Source: Antedon mediterranea (Eukaryota; Animalia; Echinodermata). From it: a stretch of DNA of 64,000 bases. Numbering within the stretch: position 1 is the stretch's first letter; every line of letters starts with the position of its first letter. The notes beneath the pieces are model-generated. The model was not told the DNA's origin, did not search any database, and saw only the letters and a list, made by a program, of their open reading frames with translations. The stretch covers positions 7,192,001 through 7,256,000 of the forward strand of contig NC_092674.1 of the NCBI RefSeq assembly GCF_964355755.1. Direction: 5' to 3'. The position numbers and the translations under genes are program-made. Positions 48,791 to 61,026 of the stretch are shown here, piece by piece.

Positions 48791-51690
48791 CGCCCTCTAT
48801 AATTTCAATTTATTGCCACAATAATTCAAACTAAAATAAGAACATATCAAGAAAAGACTTAAAAGTTTTTGGCCATATTCAACTTGATTAAAAAAATAAA
48901 CACTACACAAACAGTATGGCATATAACAATGGATAATTAACATATTTTTGTTTTTCTCACTAGGCCTACTAGGCACTCGTAGGTACTGGTATTTTTTAAA
49001 GTAAATTAAAGTAAATTGTTTGTTGCAGTGAGTGTGTTTTACACAGTATCTATGCAGTCATGATATGAATTGAAACAATCTAGTACACAGTATTTCAATG
49101 GTAGGTCTCTAATAATAAAAAAAAAAGGTAAACTTTCTTAAAATATAAATTCCAAAAACTGTAACATCAGTAAAACTAAAATAACATGACCCAAAATATA
49201 CGGTACTGTTCACCCGCGTCGATGACTAAACACAGACACTAAAATCATGCTTCTTGTCTCTGGTCATGTTCCAAGTTACACAGACAAGAAACGGTAATAA
49301 TCCTACTACTGCTGTACAACAATATAGGCCTACGACTTTCGCACAATTTATACTCAATATAGGCTAAAGGTAAGGAGATTTAACGCAAATTATTATTGAT
49401 TTAGGCCCTTTGTTCTAAGGTGTTGGCCAAAGTTTCTGTTACGGTCAAATTTCACCGTGAATACAGTGCTAGACAAGAGGAGATCATATGCAATAATGCA
49501 TAATACAAACCGAGTGTTTAAAATACAAATATGGCTAGGCCTATTACTTTAATATAGGCTTTAAGATACTTTGTTGTTTGTGATTGAATGTTTTTAATAG
49601 TTTCTGATGAAACAAGCTAGACCTTTTCAACACATTGCGAGACACTTTTCTGTAAAATAACCATGATTTATTATTCATGTTTTTTTTTTCTTGCGGTATT
49701 AGTACGAAGATGGGAGATTGCAAATATAGTATAAGCCCTTGTGGTGTTCTGAAGTTAGTGCAATTGGTGAGTACCTGTATATGATGATCTAAAATCCGAA
49801 TGTTTTCATAGGCATAATCAGGAATTCAAATCTATCATTTCGCTTACTTATTTTATTCTCCTTGATTTTTAAAAATCTGCTAAATTCTCGAACTGACTGA
49901 AAAGTCCTTTTCCTTAATTTTATAACCATCGTCACTTGATTAGCATTTGCCGTCTATCACTTTAAATTAATAATAATTTATTGTCGATTAAGTATTATTA
50001 CTGCGTATTACTACTAGTTATCATTGGAATATTTTGCAACAATTCTTTGCCGTTATAATTAAATTACAAAATGCAATTGTTTCGGATGTTTTTATTGGTT
50101 GAAATAACGAATGATGTGCAGCAGTGATTCAGTTTCCGCTTTGGATATTCAACGAGTATGGAACGGGAACACTGACAAAAATTGACAAGCTATATATAAA
50201 CATGAATACTGTAATATATACACGTCTACATGGATGGAAGGCAGCTTAGACCTGCATTTGAATACCATTCCATAAATTACATTCTTTCCAAAGAATTAAT
50301 TTGAATTTATATTTGTAGTGTACGTGGACCATGAAGTAACGAATTCCCTCTATCAATGCTTTCTAATGATTTGGCCAGAACCTACAACCAATCATCCATC
50401 ACCAGACATTATTCTCTTGCTGAAACATTTTTATTTGTAATAATGCCTTAGCCTCACTAGCAAAACTTTTATTTTTTGTTTGCACACTCGGAGTTTTCTC
50501 TAGTTTGCAAACTAAAGTAAGTGTAGACTTTTGCAAACGCTGCAGTTTTCCAAAGTTTTGCAAGTAAAATTGGAAACTTTGGAAATTAAACCTTTCTTGA
50601 CGAACCTCAGAGTTTGCAAACAAAAGTTTACCAGTGGAAATAATATAGGCCTATTCTAATTGTATGACAACAGCAAACAAAATGAATTGTAAAATAAATA
50701 AATAAATAATAATATCATAATTTGTTTAGGCACTTCTTCTCTCTGGGTTTATAGCCACCCTGAGCTTCAGTCTTGAATATTGTGAAATTGGTACAAATCA
50801 AACTAACTCTACCACGACGAATGGAACACTTATTGTTGTAAACACTACAGGCGGTTGGCTGTTTTGTCAAGAGGAGATGTTTGCTGGTTGGATAGCCTTC
50901 ATGGTGTTGTCTTTCGTTATCTTTGTCTTGGATCTGGTCATCTTCATCGTGCATATATTCATCCCAGATTGGATGAAACTAGTTCGCTCTAAAATTGCAA
51001 AGATGGTTAGTTTTCTTTTCTAATATCAAAAGAACCACTGACAAATTTTCAGAAACTACAACAAGAGTAACTCTCCAAAATTAAGGAACAGAATTGCGTA
51101 TTCGATTTTCTAATAAGATCTTTCGAAAAAGAACTCTTTATCCAATTAATATAATTGTCAATTATTATTTTTACAAAAATAGCCTACAGTACAATGACAG
51201 TTATTATATCGTTATATTATAAATTAGGAATTGTCGTAACTGTGTATTTCATTCATAGCACTGCAACAATTTAAATGGTTTATTATTATTATATTATATA
51301 TTCATTAGGAATTGGTGTACTGTATCTTCGCCGCGGTAGTGACGGCGGCAGTTTCGGCAACACTGGCGACACGGAATGACGGTGATAGGAAGCTGATCGC
51401 TTCGGCTGTTAGTACTACTGCTCTATTAACTTCAAAGATCATTTCTATGTTGGGTACTCTATATAATGACATTCAATGCACCTAGGCCTTCACTTTGCAC
51501 ACATTGCATACATTTAGGCCTATATTTTGCACTTGCACAACTTGTCTACTTAGCACTCTTCCCTGGATCTACAGGGGTACACAATGTTTATATTGGTTGA
51601 GTCAAGGCAATCCAACAACAGGATTCTGAGCTCCTGAGATCAAAGTGTTTATCTGTGGCTGCGACACGATCAGTTCCATGCCCCTTATGA

Positions 51691-51845
51691 TTGGTTTCCA
51701 CTAGAGACGCAACACAACGACGTAACGCAACGTAACGGATTTGACTACTCACAATCGATGGATTTATTCGACTGTCGCTTGTCAATGGTCAACTCGTTTG
51801 CGTTGCGTCTACGTCATTGCGTTGCGTCCTAGTGGGAACCAAGCT
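51691..51845. mobile_element. Harbinger-like MITE with CGCAA/TTGCG sub-repeats
   Basis: TTGGTTTCCACTAG..GACGCAAC / GTTGCGTCCTAGTGGGAACCAA inverted termini. Confidence 0.7.
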
Positions 51846-54442
51846 TTAAAGACGCCGCGCGCTGCGTACAATGTTACTAGTACAGTACTGTTGGTATTTG
51901 TCACAGCCAAACATAAGATCAAAGGTCTGTTACGAGTTCATATCTTGGCAAGGCGAGCTCAGTGTCCTGTAGTTAGATTTCCTTGGTTAAGCACATGGTA
52001 CCAGTATCTTTGGTAAATCCAATACTTCAATACTAAGTGATGCAGTAGTATAACTAATGAGTGCATTCTTGTAATGTAACTCTTGGGGATCAATTCATGT
52101 GTGTTAACTCAGAACCAATGACTCAATAGGTCCCTTATTTTTCGTTTTGATAATAATTTCAAAGATTTTTTTATGAATACATTTTTACAAATTATTTTCT
52201 TCTTATTTGCTCCCGGTAGGTTCTTGGTTTTGTTGCGATGCTTGCGATGTTGGCTGAATGTGTTTACTTGTACAGCTTATCAACAAAAAGATAAACGGAA
52301 AATAAAACCACATCATGCTTTGTAGGCCTAATATTCACCAGTTACACTATTACGTAATATAATTATGAAGAACATTTTAGACTTGGATATTGGTACTGTA
52401 ATGTGTTTGTAAAAAGATGAAAATTGGAAATCGATTATTTTGCATATATGGTACGATAAAAATAGTATAATTATTGAAGTTGGGTGGGGCCTATATAACT
52501 GCCCTCTGACCTCTGAATCTCTGTCTTCCTAATGCAAGTAACAGTTTTGAATTATAAATAACTTGAAGCGAAAAAAAAAAACAGATCCTGAAAATCAGAA
52601 GGGCTTTCCGTCAAGTGCTAGTACAGGTAGCTATTAATAAAGATCTAAAAATAATAATAATAAATAATAATAATTTTGTTGGCTTATAAAATTAGTTTCG
52701 TTTGTTTTGTTTTTGGAAACGTTTTTTTTGGATTGGTCTTTATGACTAGGCAGCGGATTTGAGTATTTAAATATTTTGTTAGATCTAATAAAATTGCTGT
52801 AAGTATTTATATCTTAAACGGAATACAAGGGTGTCAGCCCATCTCTAAACCTCAATTAATAATTAGCATGAAATAATAACATTTATATAATCGCATTCAT
52901 TATGTATAGTCATACTCTATAATTATATTTAAATCTTGTGACTGAATCATTTTGAAAGTAGAAAGAACAGAGAATAAATAATTAAAAAATAATCTATCAT
53001 TTATGTTATTGTTTGTAAAACAATTTAAGTGGGTCTTTGATAGATTACCAGTAATAGTTAATAAATTCCTTTTCGGCAGAATAATTATTACATAAATCGT
53101 ATCTAACCCTTTGACCTTGGATATGGTTGAGTGCACACGAGTAAATACATTATGATCCGATCGCGATAATACAAACAAAAATTGTCGCGTGTTTATTATC
53201 AGTAGTGTGTACTACACAATAGTGATAAAGAAAATGGTAATTTTACAGTTCCCGTAAATATATCAGACGTAGGCCACAACTGTATTTAAAGGTAAGAAAA
53301 AGTGATCTATTTACAACTGGTTTATTGCTAGGCATTATGGAGATATACCGCGTATTAGGCCTACCTCCATGGTTTGACTCGGTATTTTGTATTTTTCATT
53401 TCCATCATATCACGGATAACATATAATCGGCAACATTATACCGGTAATTCGGCAGGGAAGTTTTCTATTTATTAGTTCCAGAAAATCTCAAGTTTCAGAA
53501 AAACTAAAATCTGTGGATGATAGGCCTAAACGAATAGATCAATCATATGATCAAGGACAATATCGTATGATTTACTGAATTTATAAAGCCATTGTGGTAG
53601 AGTGTATGTATGTAAAAGTGCATGTGATTCAAAGTCCACACAACCGGAACTTTACCACGAATGGTAGCCGTTACGTGGGGTTGGTGGAATGGTAACCATG
53701 ATAACTTAATTTAATCAGGAATGAGTGTATTAGATCTAGAATCGATTAATGTACAGACGTCATTACCTGATAATCAGTTATTAAATTATTAGTAATCTTT
53801 TAACGTTAGGTCTCAGCATATAACGGAGTTAACCTGATCCGAATCATATCCACCCGAATTACAACTGACGTAAGTGCGCGTAATTCTTAGTATCTCCTGT
53901 CGTTAACTCCGATTCAACTCCGAAAGGTTTCCAGCAAATCACAGACCCGGAAGATGTAAAACTCCCTGGTTAGGCCAGCATGTTTGAGTGAAGAAGTTAA
54001 CACGTCCTTCTGTTCTACTTCTACGATAAAAAGAGCATGTAAGCATTCGATGGGTTGAGGGTGTTTAAGTTCAGCCTGCCAAAAAAAGATGGTAACTTTT
54101 CTTCAATTTACTTTTCCTATTAAACACAATTAATATCATATTTTAGGACCATCTGCATATCAAACAGAATGGCTGGGGTGACCGTTTCTCTTTCTCGCCA
54201 ACGCCGCAGATTTTACTCTTTATCGCGTTTCTAAATTTTCAGTATATTTAGATTTTGTTCTGTCCATAACTTATATACAGTATATTGTATATAATATACA
54301 TATTTCCAAACAGAGTCAATAGGTAAACAAACATAAATATAAAGTAAAGTAAAAACCTTTACGGTGGCCTATGATGTGAACATTATTTTAACATACACGC
54401 ATCATTCTACCGTCTTTCATATTTTTCAGAATAATCTTCACT

Positions 54443-55367
54443 ATGACTGCGATCAAGTCTTTACGTCATTTGGTAACTGTGGAACCCGTTTCTTTTCTCT
54501 TTTTCACATCCTTGTTTCTACAAAATGGCGGCGGACAGCAGTTTATATTCTATAAATTATGCTACCTAGAGTATAACCTAACGGATGTATGCTGGAACCT
54601 AACTCTTGGGCAAAAAATGGACCAATACCAAGATATAGAAGACTACACTATATCCGCTACGGCACACTGGATGATCTATATGAATTTACCGCTCACAATT
54701 CCCGCCATTTTTACTACCATCTGCTTCGGAGGTTGGTCAGATAAATACGGACGCAAACCCATGATGATCATTCCAGCCGTCGGGTTTCTAATCATGTCTA
54801 TTTTCCAAATGTTTCAAGTCCTCCGTATGGATATGCCTTTGGGAATCACTCTTATTGGTAACTTTATTGCGGGAATGAGCGGTGGTTTTGTAACCATCAC
54901 TTTTGCTACTTTTAGTTACATTGCAGACATAACGACAAAAGAGAATCGTACGTTGAGAATTGGCATACTCCAATCAATGACCTTCTCCAGCAGTATTGTA
55001 GGGTTATTGACGTCAGGAGTGATTGTCCAAAATAGAGAGTACGGCTTCCTTCTTCTGTATTGCCTGATTGCTTTGCTTAACATTTTAATAGTCGTTTACA
55101 CTCAATTCTGGTTGCTTGAATCTATAGGACCAAATACAGATCCTTACTTTCAAACCATTAGAACTACTGAAGAAAAAGAAACAGAAACAACAAGTAGGCC
55201 TAGCGAAGTTAGTGAAATTGAATGCAAGACGTGTTTCTCAGACATGTGGAGTCCTAGAAACTTCAAAATTGTGTACAGGGATGTAATGAAGAAAAGACAA
55301 CACTTTGATCGTTTTATCCTATTCCTTCTCTTTGTTTCTCTATTTATTCTACAGATGGTATTAGCAG
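54443..55367 (+). CDS. SLC46: SLC46 first coding exon
   Basis: Long hydrophobic ORF, GTAAGT donor at 55368. Confidence 0.93.
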
Positions 55368-57301
55368 GTAAGTCTATTGTTGACACACAATTTTTCTCTG
55401 TAAAGTATAGTTTATTAATGCACATCAAGCATTAATACTCGAACTTCCGTACTTCGACACAGCTCTTGAGTTTGCTCATTAGTATATTTTGAATCATTTA
55501 AATGACTGCTTTTGTTATCTTATTAGGTGACAATCAGATGTTTGCTTTATATGCAAAAGATTCATTTCACTTGAGTCCAGCACAAACAGGTAAGAAAGTT
55601 AAACGGTATCAATTATTAAAGTTGAATTGAAAACCTCTCGAGTAACTTCCGCAAACGCAAATTTCGAGGGCGTTTGTCGTCATCTAAGGTGCACCTTAAA
55701 CGACGACGACAAACACCCTCGAAATTTCAATGATGGAAGGCTAGAATCTAGCTTCTTTAAACCTACAATTATGTGTTTTGTTATTTTGTAGGTTATTTTA
55801 CAGCGTCTAAAAATGCCGTATTGTTTCTATTTACCGTTCTGGGAGTATGGCTGTTGAGGAAGTTCAACCTTAATGAAATGAGATGCTGCTCCTTAAGTTT
55901 CATCGTCTTCTTATCTGGATACATTGGTTTTAGTTTAGCGAAATCTGAAAGCACTCTGTGGGCTAGTAAGTATATAGACCCCATACCGTACCTTCATGGG
56001 AAAAGACACCGTTGAAGACAGGGAAAGGTCCTGTAAAAATTGAATGTCCACTCTTTTGTATGTCATAATCTGGATAAGTCTAGCGAAATCTGAAAGCAAT
56101 CATGTGCTAAGAATAGACCCCGTCCTCGGATCAAGTGGGAAAAAGAACATTATTATATGAAACAACCTAAAAATCTAAAAATTAAAATAACAAATTACTA
56201 ACTCCTGTTTTTAAACGATTGATAAACGAAATTGAGACATAAAATTTAATTATTTTTTTTCTTCCAGTGTTAATTCTACTGTCACCTTCTGGTCTAGTAG
56301 GTGGAATTATTAGAGGTGCCATTTCGAGGACTGTTGGTCCAGACGAACAAGGTAGTACCATTACTATGACATTTAGGTGTGTGGATAAATGACAGAGTGA
56401 ACTAAAGAGATTTCTTAAGCTCTTTCTACACTATCAAACAAGTTTGACAAAAAACTGTGATGTGCCCAAATATGGTAGTGATATGCCCAAATATGGTAGT
56501 GATATGACATCATCATGTCCATATGGGCACATCACATTTTTTTGTCACATTTTGTATTTCGTCAATGTTCACAATACAGACAAAACGTCTAACACGTGTT
56601 CCACGTACTCTCTAGACTTGTACGTGCATGCCTAGGTTATTGTTTGCCTACGTTACCATCAGTCTTGCATTAGAGCAATTTGTTACTGAACATTGTTTAA
56701 TTACTTTTTTGCTACCTTCAGGAAGTATATTTGCAGCAATGTCTTCGATGGAGAATCTAATGGTGTTTGTTGCGGCATTCATGTTCAATATCCTTTATCC
56801 TGTAACCAAAGACATACTAAATGGAGGATTTGTGTACTTTGTTATGGCTGAGCTTCTAATTATTCCATTGATTTTAACAATGTAAGTAATAATTACAGCT
56901 TTATTAAATTCTATTGACAACGAGTTGGCCACGAATTACGTTTCTGAATAATTAGTTATGAAAAAAGAAAGTGACATGATGCACACAATAGGCCTACACA
57001 CATCCAAACACGAGTTTTTGGAGCCGATCATTGTAATAAACAATGTCGAAGCGATAACAAATTGTTGTTAATTGATGATGAAGTCAAAATCAAAGTAATT
57101 GTATTGGTTACGGTCAGATAAAAAACACCAAACGTCCTCTCAACTTTGAACGTGATTCTATTGTAAAACTAATACGAACAACTCTGATAAAAAATAATTT
57201 ACATTTTGTCTTTCAGGTGGGTCGGCGATTTGTTGAAGTATACAGCCGCATACAAATATATGAATGAACCAGCCAATATCGTAATAAACCCTGATTTGTA
57301 G
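54443..57301 (+). CDS. SLC46: SLC46 / proton-coupled folate transporter-like MFS transporter, 6 coding exons, about 496 aa
   Basis: Exons 54443-55367, 55527-55589, 55792-55965, 56268-56351, 56722-56881, 57217-57301 in frame. Family motifs TVEPVSFL, GGWSDKYGRKP, FSYIADIT..ENRTLRI, RGAISRTVGPDEQGSIFA, FNILYP. Paralog identity (A1/A2/A3) not resolvable. Confidence 0.92.
55643..55743. repeat. About 100-bp foldback (palindromic MITE-like) in an SLC46 intron
   Basis: AAATTTCGAGGGCGTTTGTCGTC ... GACGACAAACACCCTCGAAATTT around central TAAGGTGCACCTTA. Confidence 0.75.
56418..56550. mobile_element. MITE family A, partial copy
   Basis: Left TIR and core. Confidence 0.8.
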
Positions 57302-57383
57302 AGGCTGGTAACCGACGTTTTTATTTCAGATTCAACCCAGGGATTCACTTTTCCCTGAACATCCCAACTCCAAAATATGGATA

Positions 57384-57474
57384 AAGTTCTTTCTACACTA
57401 TCAAGCATATCACTACCATATTTGGGCTCATTACACTTTTTTTGTCAAACTAGTTTGATAGTGTAGACAGAGCC
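57384..57474. mobile_element. MITE family A, internally deleted, in the SLC46 3' UTR region
   Basis: Both TIRs with a shortened core. Confidence 0.75.
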
Positions 57475-58539
57475 TTAACGTTCATTGTTCATCGAGAAAA
57501 TAATAGCAAACGTATTTTAAGCATAGTTTGTAATCTTGCGGAGGATTGATAGTCTAGGATAGATTAAAAAAAGCAAAGACTTAACGTTGTATTTCTATTA
57601 AACCATAACAATTTATTAATAAAATTAGACTTTGAATAAACCATTTTGCAGTTTTACAACAAATATTTTTTTTTCTGTTAATCCATTTTTGTATTAAATT
57701 TAAGTTTTTTTAGATAAATACGATTCAATTTTTGGTCAATGTGAATAACTGTTATGTGAAAAAATAGCCTATTTATCAACAAAATTGTTGGGAACAATTA
57801 AAATGTCGTTTTACAATATAAATAGCTTCAGTGAAGATTCAATTCGAGTTCCAATCGCGGTGCAAACCTGTTAGTGAAACTCATAGTAGTGTTAGTATCT
57901 AATAATTAGTAGGCCTACAGTAAGTAATAAGTTATATTATTAAAGATTTTGTTCTCCATATTGACATATGTCAAGGCCCATTGCCACCTGGCTATTCCAA
58001 ATAAGATATTTTAGCCATAATTTTGAGTAAGAGAAAAAAAAGGGTATTATGCCATAAAAATATCACTGATGTTATGTGTATTACAAGCAGTTCCATGATT
58101 TTATATTTCGTTTTTAATAAATTATAAAAAATAAATTATACAAAGTGAACGAGCCCACTTTCCACATGGTATTACGTTCTTCTTGTGTAAATTGTTGTTT
58201 TCTGCCGGCAGGAGAGGCACGTTTGACAACCAGCATTCAACGTTTTCAGTCGGTAAGTTACATCACCAATGTTGTGCTTATTTTTCTGGTATCACAATTA
58301 ACCCTACCCCTCCCACCATTGTTTAATGTGTAACACTTTATTATAATATATTTATTATAAAAAATAACCCGTTTCCGTTTGCAATACGATAAAGAATCAC
58401 GTACTGTAATACTATCAGGTAAAAACGTCCGTAGCACCCAAATCCAAGTATGCAATTTTCTATTGTATTGTAGAGAAGTTACTGGTACTTCGCCATAGCG
58501 ATGTTTTAAAATTGCATACGCATCCAATCGTGAGTAAAC

Positions 58540-58620
58540 TCATTTAAGACTTGGAGTGGAGTTGAACCCCGGACCTTGGGATTGGAAGGCAAGCACGTTA
58601 ACCACCAAGCTACAGCTGCA
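58540..58620 (-). mobile_element. tRNA-derived SINE head / tRNA pseudogene
   Basis: Minus strand TAGCTTGGTGGTTAACGTGCTTGCCTTCCAATCCCAAGGTCCGGGGTTCAACTCC; A/B boxes but no proper acceptor stem. Confidence 0.55.
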
Positions 58621-61026
58621 CTACACATTGCGTGCATATTTCTCATTTCTGTTCTTTAAAGTGTAACACATTTATGTACTGGAGTAGGCCTACAACAGAC
58701 CCAGCTTAAGCTCAGCCATTTAACATTGTATCCAAATTTGAGTAATTGTGGCACTTCGCCATATTCAAATTTTGTGCATATTTTAAAAATAAATATAACC
58801 CGCTTCATTTGTTAGTGTACCGGTAACACTTTATAATAACATTCATGTACTGTACAATAATTTGATTGAATTAAAAGTCGTTTGAATCTTTTGTTTTCTA
58901 TGTCTAATTCATTATGAATTATGTCGGTTGGTAGGCCTACACTGTCTGTCTGTCTGTCAGTCTGCGGTCTGTCCTATGTCAAACAAAGCTTATTAGTAGG
59001 TTGTGGTACAAAACACTAATGAAATACGGACACTTTCAATATATAATATATAATAATAATTTATTCAATGACGTGTGGCTATAAATATATAAATATGGCG
59101 GCAAGTAAATGGGTTTGACACGTAAGAATATAATATAACGGCAGGTTTCAGTTTAAGCTCAACAAATTATCAATTAGTCTCCCTCCAACAATATCCGAGA
59201 CAAGAAGCTTGGAAATTCACATAAATCACAATAAATGAATGAAGCAGGCCGATGGGCTTAATGACCAGTTATCGACAAACAATCGCTTAGTATAGGGTGC
59301 GAAACAAAGCAAACTATTCGCAGTAAGAGAGAGCAAAAAATAAAGACATAATTTGATGTTATATCGAGCTGAAAAACAACGGTTACTATTTGTTTTATTT
59401 GTCAATTTTCTTTCTTATAATATGTTGATGTTGTTAAAATACTTGTTGATGTTATTTTTTGGCAATAAATACATTAATGTATCTGTGCACTATTTGTGTG
59501 TAGTATACGTTACGTTTGTCAAAAGCATTGTACCACCCATACTATAAACAATAAGACAATCTTGTGGTGAACTCTTTTTTTTTTTTGGAAACAGAAAACA
59601 GTCTGTGACGACATCGGATTGCCACTGCGCATGCCTGCACAGATCCGAACTACCAACAATGCACATACCGTCAACGTACAATAAAACGGTTGTAAACCGA
59701 TAACGCTGGCAATCGGAAAGGGTACTAATCCATTTTTAAAGAAAAATACCCCTTTACAAATTATGAATTTACCTTTTAATTGTCTACGTTTTACTAAATA
59801 CGACAACAGTACACGATACCAGAATACCTTTCCTTTTCATTTTGATAACATGTCATTGGACAAGCACTTTTAAGTTTACGTGGGAGCAGAAGATTTAAAC
59901 TTAATTTAAGATGCGAAATCAGTATTTCCTATAATACGGTGCAGCTTTTCTGGGATTACATGATGATACCATATTTAGTGAAAAGCAAACCTTCACCAAT
60001 TGTAGTAACGATCAATATTACTGAAATAAAAAAGATGTTCCAAAAGAGATGCTAATTTATTCATATATATTCCAATCAGGGGTTGAGTTAAATGTTAAGC
60101 ATGTACCAATAAGCATGGGTTTTTAACCATTGATTCAATTCCGTGTTCCAGTTGTAACGATCTTTTCAATGCAAAGAGTCGAACAAATCCCATGAGATTT
60201 AAAATAATAGCACCTCTAACCAACCACGACACAGCAGATACAGACCCATTTGACATACGCATTCGGAATACAGTTGGGTTGCTTTCATATGTGCACACCC
60301 ACTGATGGCAGCCCTTTTCTGTGCATTCATCCGCAATGGCAAATAACCACAAACTGCCTACCACATGCCACTATGATCCATATAATGGATAATTTGTTTG
60401 TGTTCAACTAAGAAATTTGTTGGAAAAACGTTTTTCCAGTAGGTCTATGCCAAAATTTTAGATGTTGATGATTTACAACAAATGCTATTCACTGATGTTT
60501 TATATGTCTGGATTACGATGTTTAAAAAACATTATTTATGTGCCTAATTTGTATTATAACATTTATGGCTTGTTAATATTAAAAATACCTCTTTTTACTC
60601 TCTCCAATTAGATGTAAATTCCCTCAAGCAATATGCAATGTTTCACATCCCTATTTCATCAAAAGTAAGTTAATAAAACATCACCAAACCCAGCAGTCAT
60701 ACCCCAAAACAAATAACATAACCCATGTTGCAAACCGCACAAAAAGACAAAAAATATGTCAAAAGTTGAAAAAAAGAGTCATTGAAGAGTTTCAAAATTC
60801 ACCTACCGAAAATAAATACACTTATCTCCCCCCATAAACCAACCGCTATTAAGCCACACAAAACCATTCCTGTAAAGAGAAAAAATACAACCTTTTAAAA
60901 TTGATGGTTCAGTGATACCTTTTTAACTTACTTTCAAAATATGATAACATCAATAATAACCAATTAAGTCATAATAAAATTAATTGTTCACAACTTCAAG
61001 ATGTCTTACGGTACCTTAACTAAAAC

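Noticed and set aside
52350-52357. D-box TTACGTAA upstream of nocturnin as a circadian element
   Set aside because: A single AT-rich 8-mer, also found elsewhere in the window; not distinguishable from chance without conservation data.
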